Assembly (NCBI GenBank): GCA_028534125.1
Contig: CM052818.1
Span: 7,564,001 to 7,628,000 of the forward strand
DNA from: Lama glama
Lineage: Eukaryota
Reading direction: 5' to 3'
DNA: 64,000 bases
Of the stretch, positions 54,530 to 64,000 are shown piece after piece. The notes under the pieces are model-generated. The model searched no databases and was not told where the DNA came from. It was given only the letters and a program-made list of their open reading frames with translations. The number at the start of each line of letters is the position of its first letter. Position 1 is the stretch's first letter. The position numbers and the translations under genes were made by a program.

Positions 54530-54598
54530 GAAATAATGCAAAAGGTGTCCCAAGGCTCCTGACCAGTGAACAGAGATTTGAGAAAAACAGCCAAGCTC
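54530..54598 (+). other. PELI1: PELI1 exon 2, 5'UTR part (69 nt)
   Basis: Acceptor ttttccctctag|G at 54529/54530; 69 nt to the main ATG. Confidence 0.9.
54536..54562 (+). other. uORF MQKVSQGS* in PELI1 exon 2, in frame with the main CDS
   Basis: ATG CAA AAG GTG TCC CAA GGC TCC TGA; the ATG is 63 nt upstream of the main ATG. Confidence 0.75.
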
Positions 54599-54669
54599 AT
54601 GTTTTCTCCTGATCAAGAAAATCATCCATCCAAAGCACCAGTAAAATATGGTGAACTCATTGTCTTAGG
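54599..54669 (+). CDS. PELI1: Pellino-1, exon 2 coding part (MFSPDQENHPSKAPVKYGELIVLG, phase-2 end)
   Basis: ATG at 54599; 71 nt; donor GG|GTAAGG at 54669/54670. Confidence 0.97.
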
Positions 54670-56142
54670 GTAAGGTCTCCCCATCTGATAAGCATAAAAT
54701 TTAATAATACATGGTAACTTGAACATCTAGGTTAAAACTCCTTTTTTTTAGAATTTATATCCTGCCTGTTTCCAAAGAGGATTTAAAGCTACAGAGAAAT
54801 ATTACCAAATCAAGAAAAGTCTTTTCATTCTCATTTTTATATCATCTTTATAAATACTCAAGTTCTGCATAAACTTTGCCTCACTCACCTTCATCCCTAG
54901 AAGTGAAGTGAAAATGTATTTGTCTGAAGTCACATAGCCAGTCCATCTGTCTTCCCTACCCCATCTTTCAGGGAAATTTTCCTCAGCTGACTTTACCAAA
55001 AATCCCTCCCTCCCTGCTTAGGTCATTTCATGTAGGTGTTAGTGTTTGTTCGTTCCTCTGCCCTCTGAGATAGTTGTTGCTTTGTGCTTATGGTCCCGTA
55101 CTTGAGGAAAACAGTTGTATAGACATCATGATGTGATGATTCTGAAGCCCAGGACCTTGCTGCTTGTTTGCTTCAAAAGTTGAGTGAGGAATAGATGATT
55201 CCGTTATTTCAGTTCATTCATTCTAAACTTGCCACAACTGTCAAAATTAAGACACAGTGTTAGTCTGTTGACTAAGAGATCTCAGAAACTTAATTGTGAA
55301 ATTTACTTTCACCCAACTGCTTCTCTCCTGCCTAAAAAAAAAGGAGCTCTAGACACGACAATAGGTTTTAGAATCAGGTTGGTACAAATTTTTGTTTAAG
55401 TAAGAATGTGTGTCCATTGTTTCAGATAAAAAAGTAAGAGAAACTGGGAGATAATATAGAGTTAGTGCCTAATACATAGTAAACTCCCAAATGTTTTGTT
55501 TTGAAATTTTTCCCTCTTAGTTTGGTCCTTGCTTACTTGCTTACCTTTAAGGTATGTATGCGTTATCATGGAGAAATGGTCATAAGGTCAACAAAAGTAT
55601 GTTTAACTACTAGTTAGTTACAGCTCAGTTGGACAGGTTTTGCGAGCATAATGTGAATGTGTACTTGTGAGTAGCTGAGACTTAACAAACAAGTCTAAAA
55701 ATTCCTCTTCCAAAGTTCAGCTATTTATAAAGTGTTTGGTTCATAATTAAAGGAGATTCTATTTTAAACAGTTCATACATACTTTTAAAGGTTGTATTAG
55801 CACATACAAACACTCACCTTTACAAGAAAATAGAATGAGTCATAAGAAGTCAGATATGCCATTAATCAGCTCTTGATTATCTTGACTAAAAGAGGGAAGG
55901 AAAACGTAGATAATTCAAAGCTATGTGTAACCCAGAGGTACTTCTCTGTGATACTGAATGTGACCATGAAGAATCTCATTTTGTTTCACACTTAGGCAAC
56001 TGGTCTAGGGATCAGCAATTGCTTAAAGTTAATTCGAGGTATTTATAATGTGCTATTAGATAATTAACTGGGGATGGATCCTCTAAGACAAAGTAAACCA
56101 TTTGTTTTAGAATTGTGTGGTTCTTAAAAGAGATCACCTAAA

Positions 56143-56306
56143 NNNNNNNNNNNNNNNNNNNNNNNNNNNNNNNNNNNNNNNNNNNNNNNNNNNNNNNNNN
56201 NNNNNNNNNNNNNNNNNNNNNNNNNNNNNNNNNNNNNNNNNNNNNNNNNNNNNNNNNNNNNNNNNNNNNNNNNNNNNNNNNNNNNNNNNNNNNNNNNNNN
56301 NNNNNN
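56143..56306 (+). other. PELI1: N-run (164 nt) probably hiding PELI1 exon 3 (~130 nt)
   Basis: The expected YNGSLPNGDRGRR...PQAAK exon is not visible between 54670 and 59817. Exon 2 ends in phase 2 and exon 4 starts in phase 0, so an intervening exon is needed. This is the only gap in the interval. Confidence 0.7.
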
Positions 56307-57469
56307 AAACTAAATTAACTTGGAGAAATTGAAAGACTGGTACATGTTGTTTATATTCTCTAGCATTCCCTTCATGTTCTATACCAGAAGTTTCCTTTTG
56401 TTTGGATGGGAGAAGATGCTTTGGAGACGTGATGTTTGAAGAGCTGCTATCTGGAAGGGCATTGGACTTTTTTTTCTGTGACAGATGGATAAGTGGGTGG
56501 AAATTAGAAGGAAACATTTCCTTTTCCTATTAAAAAAAGTGGGAGTGGGGTAAGGCTCGGACTTTATCTAGTATTTATAATTGTGCAGCTGTCTGCCCTG
56601 AGAAGTAGGGTGTTCCCACTATTACTAGAGGGCCCTGCCTGGGCTGGGCAAGGAGTGTGGTGCATAATATATGTATTCAGGTACTAGAAGCATGTTTGGA
56701 TGAGGTAATTTTTAAACTAAGAATCTTTGTCAAAGATTCTATGGATCCTCTTTGTTTTTATTGTTTGTTTTATGACCCTCATACCTTTTAGCATGGTTCC
56801 TTGAACAAAGTAGACCTCAGTAATTATCAGATTGAATCAAAGCTATGAAAGCAAATACCCAATTGTCTATAATATAACTTTTCAATCTCCTGGCCTATTT
56901 CATGCTTCTAGCCCCTTTTTATTTCCCAACCAGAATCTCCAGAAGCTGGGCCAGCATTTCAGGACATTTGGACTTTTCCTAGAGTGGTAGAAAATAAGGG
57001 GAAATTTCAGATCTCTCTGTTTCCTGTGAATTCCTCTACTTCTAATTTTATAACACAGTTGAATTTGATACTGTTATGAGCGAACAAAAATGACAAAGCA
57101 TTCTTTGACTTCTGAAAGCATCTATATCTTTAGCTTAGCAGCCCCAGAATATGCATTAATATTCCACCATTTCAAATATATCTTTCTAAGTTAAATAAAC
57201 AAGAGACAGAAATTGGCGTATGTTATTTTAGGTCATAGCTCCAGTCCTGAAGTCAGATGGATTTTTGACGCTGTGTTATATCCAGTGTGGTGTCTAAACA
57301 AGACACCGCATGCCTTGAGTAGATCTCCTCTTTTACTATTTGAGAGCCAGTGAGTGTAGAAGAAGGACAGTTTCTTTTAGGTGTTTCTTTCTGTTCCTTT
57401 GCAGAGAAGGGATGTGCTAATAATAAGCAGGCAGTGGAAGTAAAGGGCTTATTGATCCAGTCTAAGGAG

Positions 57470-57687
57470 ATGCTTTCCAGTGTTGCCCCACAGAAGTGCT
57501 TTGGCATTTGGGATGTGCCAATTCTTCATGCAGGACTGTCCTACATGTTGTAGGATATTTAACATTCTTAGCCCCCACACTGAATGCTATTTAAGCCCTC
57601 GAATCATTGTGTCAGCCCAAAAAATGCACCTACATATTTCCAAGTGCCCTTACACAGCTAATATTACCTCAGATTGAGAACCACTAA
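57470..57687. mobile_element. hAT-Charlie MITE (MER20/MER112-like)
   Basis: caaaaaatgcacctacatatttccaagtgccc...gattgagaaccact terminus. Confidence 0.55.
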
Positions 57688-58452
57688 CAGGGAAAATATA
57701 TCTGTTCTAGTGTTTACTTCTGTACTTTTATCCAATTCTGTACTTTTCTTCTTAGTTTTACTGTCATCCTCCTAATGTTTTCATTGTTGGCTCCTTTTCA
57801 TCTTTACTAGGCAACAAGAATCTTAGGGATCAAAGAGTGACTCTTTCAATTTTGGAGGAATGCAGTAATGAGGTCATGAAGAAAACTAATTGTTTAGTCT
57901 GGCAGTCATCTGGGATGAGTGGTTAAACCTGCCTTCCAGTCTAGGGAGAACTTATCTTGACATAATTTCTTATTCTCGATCTAAGAGTAGGGTCTAATAG
58001 CTTGAAAAAAAACCAGCTAGTGGCAGGGGGAGATTACAGTCTCAAAGTACACAAAAAAAAACCTGTGTTTTTAAATCCCTTTAGCGATTAAGAATTAACT
58101 TCCAAAATACTGAGTAATTATTTCCTTGAAAAGTCAGCTGCTTAATACTGAGTTAAAGTAATTATACGTTTTTAAACCTTTAAAACTATTTTGTAATGTT
58201 TGTGAACACACAAATGTGTAATAAATCATGTTAAGCACATGCATGGAAATGACCTCCACTGCACTCTTGAGGATGGATACCTCTGGAGAGGGGGGAGTAG
58301 GAAGGACAGGTCAGCAGCCTCCATTATTTCTGTAGTTTAATTTCTTTGAAAAAATTAAACAAAAATGGCATTAGTAAGCTTTGATAAAGTTGGGTAGTTA
58401 GTACCCGAGTGTTTGTTTATCCTCTTTGTATATTGGAAAGTTTCGCAATCTT

Positions 58453-58592
58453 TTTTTTTTTTTTACTTTGTTTGTTGGAGGACAGTAATTAGGTTTATTT
58501 ATTTATTTTTAGAGGAAGTACTGGGGATTGAATCCAGGACCTTGTGCATGCTAAGCATGTTCTCTACCACTTGAGCTATATCCTCCCCACCG
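58453..58592 (-). mobile_element. tRNA-derived SINE (Vic-1-like), near full length
   Basis: Reverse complement reads ggggaggatatagctcaagtggtagagaacatgcttagcatgcacaaggtcctggattcaatccccagtacttcc; T tract; TSD aagtttc(g/a)caatctt on both sides. Confidence 0.9.
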
Positions 58593-59324
58593 GAAGTTTC
58601 ACAATCTTAATGATCTTTAAACTATTATTTTAGGGCTTTAGCAATTACAGATAAACTACAAATTGAAAGCAAGTAAAATTTTATAATGTCAAAAATTTAA
58701 TTAAGAAAATTTTTTCATTTAGCCTCTTTGCTGCATATAATCATTCTTTTGTGCCTTTGTATCTGTTTTACTTTTATGCAACTTACTTCTACTTCCTTTG
58801 TTCAGGTTCCTCATCCCTCCCCAATATTATTTTGTGTGTGTGTTTATACACTAAATATATATAGAAAATGCCTGAAAACAAAACTGAAAAGTTCTTTGTA
58901 GCAGTGTTTTTAGTTCGGAATAAGTCAGAAGTACAGTCATAGGCATTATATCCTATATCCATTATATCCTATTAAATTTCCTTTGGTAATATTTAGTTAT
59001 TCTATGAATTTCTCTGTGTCTAGCTCAGCATGTAGCAAGTATTTGTCATCTATAGATTCCAGAATGGTTAGGAAAACCAGATAACTCTGCTTATTTGTTA
59101 ACTTTATATCTCTTTGAGTTACTTTAAAAAAATAAAATTCCTCTTAACTTGCAAGATTTTTGTATTTTCTCCTTATCACAGCAGTACTGACCACTGATTT
59201 CAGTTCCTACCTGGGATTTGGTTTTGATTATCTTATAATTTGAAATACTTAAAAGGGAGACTCAGATTTGATACTGTTTTTAAACAATAAACTTACATTC
59301 TTACTCTATAATTGCTTCAAAGCA

Positions 59325-59619
59325 CAGGTATACCTCAGATATTGCAGGTTCAGTTCCAGAACACCACAATAAAGCAAGTCATGATGAATTTTTTGGTTTC
59401 CCAATGCATATAAAAGTTGTGTTTATACTATGTTGTTGCCAGGTGTGTAATAATGACATTATGTCTAAAAATCAGTGTGCATTCCTTATTTTAAAAATAC
59501 ATTATTACTAAAAACTACTAAGCATCATCTGACAATGCGATTGCCACAGACCTTCAATTTGTAAAAAATGCAGTATCTGCAAAGCGTAAAAAAGCGAAGC
59601 ACAAAATGAGGTCTGCCTG
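59325..59619 (-). mobile_element. Tigger1-derived MITE (internal deletion product)
   Basis: TIRs caggtatacctc ... gaggtctgcctg followed by TA; both Tigger1 ends are joined directly. Confidence 0.85.
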
Positions 59620-59817
59620 TATTATTCTACATCCCACTCACCTTGAGAACCCACTGTCACAGTTGAGGTTATGCAAGAGTTATTAATCTCTACCCTAAAT
59701 TTCAGAGGGAAAATACATTACGTATGTAATAAATTATGTTTCTTTTTTTAATGAAGAGATTATCTGATTTGATTGACCTGCCTGCTGATTTTTGCTTATT
59801 AATCTTTTCTTTCTTAG

Positions 59818-59919
59818 GCAATAAGCAACAAGGACCAGCATAGCATATCATACACTTTATCTCGGGCCCAGACAGTGGTGGTTGAATATACTCATGACAG
59901 CAACACTGATATGTTTCAG
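59818..59919 (+). CDS. PELI1: Pellino-1 exon 4 (AISNKDQHSISYTLSRAQTVVVEYTHDSNTDMFQ), FHA-domain region
   Basis: Acceptor ttttctttcttag|GCA; 102 nt open; donor CAG|GTATTA. Confidence 0.97.
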
Positions 59920-60074
59920 GTATTAGAACATCTGAATTTTTTTTTTTGTAAAATACAAAAAAGTTAAAACCCCGTTGTAAATAACTTATGCTGTGGTCAG
60001 CTTAAAATACATGTTTTAATGATGTATTTTATTAGCATACATATTGATTTCTAAACCCCATATCTAGACATCCA

Positions 60075-60270
60075 TCTAGTATGGTTAAGAGATGGGTTCT
60101 GGAATCAGAATTCCTGGTGAACATTACTCAGTCACTCTCTGCCTCAGTTTCCTCCTGTAAAGTGCAGATATTAGCGCTTCCCTCAGATGACTATTAGGAG
60201 ACTTAAATGTGTTAGTATCTAAAAAGTACTCAGAGCTGTGCCAGGTACCTGGTAAACACTTAGCTATTAA
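60075..60270 (+). mobile_element. MIR SINE
   Basis: tggttaagagatgggttctggaatcaga...ctctgcctcagtttcctcctgtaaagtg. Confidence 0.75.
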
Positions 60271-62171
60271 TAGTACTAGTATAATAATAACTGTGTTAGC
60301 TATTATTATCAGAAAAAGGAATCAAGAGATATTTTGCACAGGTTTATGAATTTTTTTGTTATTACTTCTCACCTTCCTCTCTAGGCAACTAAAAGAACAG
60401 GCAGTCTCTAACTATTCATATCATATATGTGAAGTCAAACTTGTTTCTCAGCACATATTTGGTCAAAGCTACTGGAGCAGTAAAAGTTTTTATTTCTCTC
60501 ATTCTTTGTACCAATCCAGTGCTGATGTTTTTATACATTAATAGATGACAGAATAGTGAAAGCCAACGATGTAAGCAAAATTCATGATATTCATGATAAC
60601 TTCTCCCTTAATATTGGGTTTTGTAAAGCCTTGGGCTTTTTTGAAACAAACTTAAATAGGACATAAGTACGTGATAGTGTTGCTCTTAAAATTATTGTCC
60701 CAGTGACTTTTCAACATTTCTTTATTTTACAAGATTAACTGAAGGTAAAAAATCCCGGAGGTGTCTTTGCTGTAGTCAATAACAAAATAAAGTCACTGTT
60801 CCCACCCCACCCCCAACTTTTTTAATGGAATGCTGAATTTTTTTAGAATAGTGGAAATAATTTTTAGTTCCAAAGTCTGAGACCATTTTCTTTGGATATC
60901 ATATTCTCAAAAATGGAGAAGGCACATCCAGTGTTACATTTGTTAGCCAACCAATTTCCCCCTAAAACTATCCAAACTAAATAAAGACTTTATACTTGAT
61001 GATAGGTTAAAAACACTGAAGAGTTTTACTTAAAAGTGTGCTCATACAAGGAATTCTTAAGGCTCAACTATGCAAAAAATGACTTTTAAGTGTCATCATC
61101 TTTTAAGAGGGTCAATATTTTTTCTCAGTAACCACATTCTTTAAATTTTATGGTATTACTTTATAACAAATACATTAATAAACTGATTCCTAAGCATTTA
61201 AAACTCTGTGACACTTGTCACTTTTGTCATCTATTACACTGTTTTCCTTTTTTCTTTTCAACTTTGATCTTTCAAAATGAAGTCAATTTATTTACCATCT
61301 AGTACCTCTGAAGGTATTTTTGATTCACTGACACCTCACACACCAGAACTTCTTTCTGGGTACCTTGTCTCTCTGAAATATGGCCAACAACCAAGAAAAC
61401 AAAAAGGGCATCTAGGCATATAAGATAAATGCCACAAAGTGAATGCACTGAAATTCCTTTTCCCTGCTCCCTTGAGAATTCCTTAGGCATTCACCATGAA
61501 CCTTTTGAGATACTATTCTTTGAAGTTTGGTTATTTGATTTCTCAGCCCATAGCAGAATTAGAGTAACTGGTTAGAGGAGGGGTATGCTGCTAGAGACAA
61601 ATATGCCTAACAGCAGGAAATGATAGCTGACAGTCTGATAGAAAAGACACAAGAAAATCTTTGAAATATACATAAGACCTCAAAGCAGGGTTGTGTATGC
61701 CTTTAACGTAAGTACACCTTTATAACAGCTGACATCACTGCATTTTAGCTTAAAATCAATGATATTCATAGTGTAATGCCCTGGAGTCCTCATAAAAGAT
61801 TTACTTTTATGTTCACTGTATTCTGTTAAGGAAACTAGAGTAATACATGGTAGACATGTTTCTGTCCAAGGGGGTTAAAATTAAAATCTGCCGCCACCTG
61901 AAAATCTCAGCCACTCCAAACTCTTCATTCCCTGAGGGTTTCATGTGTTCTGAGTCATAAGTTCCTACTTAATTCTATGCTCTAAGTGATTACTACATCA
62001 GAGGAAATCTGACAGATTGATTTTCAAGGGTATAGATGCCCCAGAGTTAAGTATAAGTTTGAGCTTTAGAAATGTCACAGGCTTAATGATTTCACCTCAT
62101 TGTGCCTTTCTTGAATGGATTTTCCACTGTGTTCCTTTGAATAGGTTTATAGATACTTCTTTTTTCCTTAG

Positions 62172-62369
62172 ATTGGTCGGTCGACTGAAAGTCCTATTGA
62201 TTTTGTGGTAACTGACACAGTTCCTGGAAGTCAAAGTAATTCTGATACACAGTCAGTGCAAAGCACCATATCAAGATTTGCCTGTAGAATCATATGTGAA
62301 CGGAATCCCCCCTTTACAGCACGGATTTATGCTGCAGGATTTGACTCATCAAAAAACATCTTTCTTGGG
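62172..62369 (+). CDS. PELI1: Pellino-1 exon 5 (IGRSTESPIDFVVTDTVPGSQSNSDTQSVQSTISRFACRIICERNPPFTARIYAAGFDSSKNIFLG), FHA core with GR and SR motifs
   Basis: Acceptor ttttccttag|ATT; 198 nt open; donor GGG|GTAAAA. Confidence 0.98.
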
Positions 62370-62462
62370 GTAAAAGCTTCTTTCCTAAATGTTGGCATTA
62401 TGTTATAACCACTTTTATTTCCCAATTACAAATAAATGGAAGCNNNNNNNNNNNNNNNNNNN

Positions 62463-62651
62463 NNNNNNNNNNNNNNNNNNNNNNNNNNNNNNNNNNNNNN
62501 NNNNNNNNNNNNNNNNNNNNNNNNNNNNNNNNNNNNNNNNNNNNNNNNNNNNNNNNNNNNNNNNNNNNNNNNNNNNNNNNNNNNNNNNNNNNNNNNNNNA
62601 AATGTATTCAGCCTGCGTGAAACCAGGTCAGCTCAGCAGAGAGGAAAAATG
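62463..62651 (+). CDS. PELI1: Pellino-1 exon 6 (5' part in Ns; start inferred from the recalled 189-nt exon length; visible 62600-62651 NVFSLRETRSAQQRGKM)
   Basis: Visible codons match Pellino-1; donor ATG|GTAAGT at 62651/62652. Confidence 0.88.
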
Positions 62652-63205
62652 GTAAGTACAGAGATGTAGCTTCTTATTTAACTACAGTAAACTCACAGGG
62701 TGGGTTGGAGTGAATACATTACATATTCCTCAGAATGACTAAATCTTTTGCTGATGTAGAGTACTAAGTCTGACTGTCAACTACTATGCCAGGAGGATAG
62801 TATCTTAATGTTTCAATTAGGACACTCTAAAAATGTATTCTTTTACATTATGTTAATATATTTTAAAACTTAAGATTTCCCAAATTAAACAGCACTCTGT
62901 ATTTTCTACTTATATCTGTATATCTTCGATCAAGATACTTACCAAATTGGAAATATTAAACTTACTTATTAGCCAGATGTTTTAACCATAAATTATCTCT
63001 ACTATAAGGCTAAAAAGAGTTATGTTACTGCTCAATATTTTATCCTTGAATTTAAAACTTATATTTTCATGACTGTCATAAGAGTTTCTTAAATGTTTAG
63101 TAACAACAGGAGGAAATCTCAATTCTTGAGTAAGGAGCAGACCAAAACTCTTATGTAAAAATCTAAACACTGCGGTGAATGTTTTTTGANNNNNNNNNNN
63201 NNNNN

Positions 63206-63772
63206 NNNNNNNNNNNNNNNNNNNNNNNNNNNNNNNNNNNNNNNNNNNNNNNNNNNNNNNNNNNNNNNNNNNNNNNNNNNNNNNNNNNNNNNNNNNNNNN
63301 NNNNNNNNNNNNNNNNNNNNNNNNNNNNNNNNNNNNNNNNNNNNNNNNNNNNNNNNNNNNNNNNNNNNNNNNNNNNNNNNNNNNNNNNNNNNNNNNNNNN
63401 NNNNNNNNNNNNNNNNNTGAAAAACAACCATGGGTGTATCTAAACNNNNNNNNNNNNNNNNNNNNNNNNNNNNNNNNNNNNNNNNNNNNNNNNNNNNNNN
63501 NNNNNNNNNNNNNNNNNNNNNNNNNNNNNNNNNNNNNNNNNNNNNNNNNNNNNNNNNNNNNNNNNNNNNNNNNNNNNNNNNNNNNNNNNNNNNNNNNNNN
63601 NNNNNNNNNNNNNNNNNNNNNNNNNNNNNNNNNNNNNNNNNNNNNNNNNNNNNNNNNNNNNNNNNNNNNNNNNNNNNNNNNNNNNNNNNNNNNNNNNNNN
63701 NNNNNNNNNNNNNNNNNNNNNNNNNNNNNNNNNNNNNNNNNNNNNNNNNNNNNNNNNNNNNCTCTAGACTAA
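63206..63772 (+). CDS. PELI1: Pellino-1 last coding exon (RING-like domain, mostly Ns; start inferred; visible EKQPWVYLN and LD*)
   Basis: 63419-63445 encodes EKQPWVYLN; CTA GAC TAA at 63764-63772 is in the same frame and matches the ...GPLD* C-terminus. Confidence 0.88.
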   Translation, partial: XXXXXXXXXXXXXXXXXXXXXXXXXXXXXXXXXXXXXXXXXXXXXXXXXXXXXXXXXXXXXXXXXXXXXXXEKQPWVYLNXXXXXXXXXXXXXXXXXXXXXXXXXXXXXXXXXXXXXXXXXXXXXXXXXXXXXXXXXXXXXXXXXXXXXXXXXXXXXXXXXXXXXXXXXXXXXXXXXXXXXXXXXXLD

Positions 63773-64000
63773 CAGACAGTTGTCCTCCAGGACTGCATTA
63801 TAAATTTATAAGCTAAGTGATTTGCGGTTTCCAACCTATTGTCCATGTCACAGTTTTTCTGCTCTAGTCATTTGCATTAAGATGAAGAATTTTTTAAACA
63901 TTTATAATAAATAGTAGCAATTTCTGAGCAAAAATCTGAGAAACTCAAGCAGAGGAATTTCCGAAAGTACCAGACTTCTGAATTCTGAGTTTTGAAAATA
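63773..64000 (+). other. PELI1: PELI1 3'UTR (start)
   Basis: AT-rich sequence following the stop codon. Confidence 0.85.

Larger units (their letters stand above)
16498..64000 (+). other. PELI1: PELI1 gene span (TSS approximate; the 3'UTR runs past the window end)
   Basis: Exon translations MFSPDQENHPSKAPVKYGELIVLG, AISNKDQHSISYTLSRAQTVVVEYTHDSNTDMFQ, IGRSTESPIDFVVTDTVPGS...SKNIFLG, NVFSLRETRSAQQRGKM, EKQPWVYLN and LD* match Pellino-1 as recalled. Visible splice boundaries are GT-AG. Confidence 0.97.

Noticed and set aside
55141-55180. tgaagcccaggacc, a weak resemblance to part of exon 3
   Set aside because: Only ~10 nt match; no flanking coding similarity or splice sites.
29684-57012. Scattered NF-kB-like decamers (e.g. 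aggaaagttcc 29684, aggaaattcc 33941, ggggaaatttc ~56998)
   Set aside because: Imperfect and isolated; expected by chance at this frequency without conservation data.
9733-58592. tRNA-like sequences at 9733, 28666 and 58453
   Set aside because: They are SINE heads with A-rich tails and TSDs, degenerate or deleted arms and no complete cloverleaf, so not tRNA genes.
54599-63772. PELI1 as a pseudogene, or as PELI2/PELI3
   Set aside because: Visible exons are intact with canonical splice sites; the N-terminus MFSPDQENHPSKAPVKYGELIVLG and the ...LD* end fit PELI1.
52147-63816. ORF-track entries running through N-runs
   Set aside because: Their length is an artefact of X codons; only the PELI1-matching fragments are real.
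1-64000. CRISPR arrays, operons or prokaryotic defence systems
   Set aside because: The sequence is mammalian (spliced gene, MIR/L1/L2 repeats); no regularly spaced repeat-spacer structure was seen.

Overview
AT-rich mammalian genomic DNA, most likely camelid, judged from three tRNA-derived SINEs resembling Vic-1 and from artiodactyl-type L1 and Tigger1 pieces. The window holds almost all of PELI1 (Pellino-1 E3 ubiquitin ligase) on the + strand. The CpG-island promoter and non-coding exon 1 lie at ~16.3-17.25 kb (donor after 16864), followed by a 37.7-kb intron 1. Exon 2 (54530-54669) carries the ATG at 54599. Exons 4 and 5 are fully visible, exons 6 and 7 are partly visible (stop TAA 63770-63772), and exon 3 is not visible and probably lies in the N-run at 56143-56306. 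The first 16 kb and the introns are mostly old transposable elements (MIR, L2, L1M, MLT1/MLT2, MER82, MER20/MER5, MER21, Tigger1 MITE). I see no clear new multi-gene system. The best leads are: an in-frame uORF with a single leaky-context TGA in the PELI1 leader; IRF/ISRE-like sites next to the promoter; N-runs that fall on coding exons and preserve exact codon spacing; an old ~300-bp local duplication; a poly(A)-only retro-insertion; and an inverted L1 pair. Repeat family names and boundaries, and the human PELI1 comparisons, come from recall, not from database searches.
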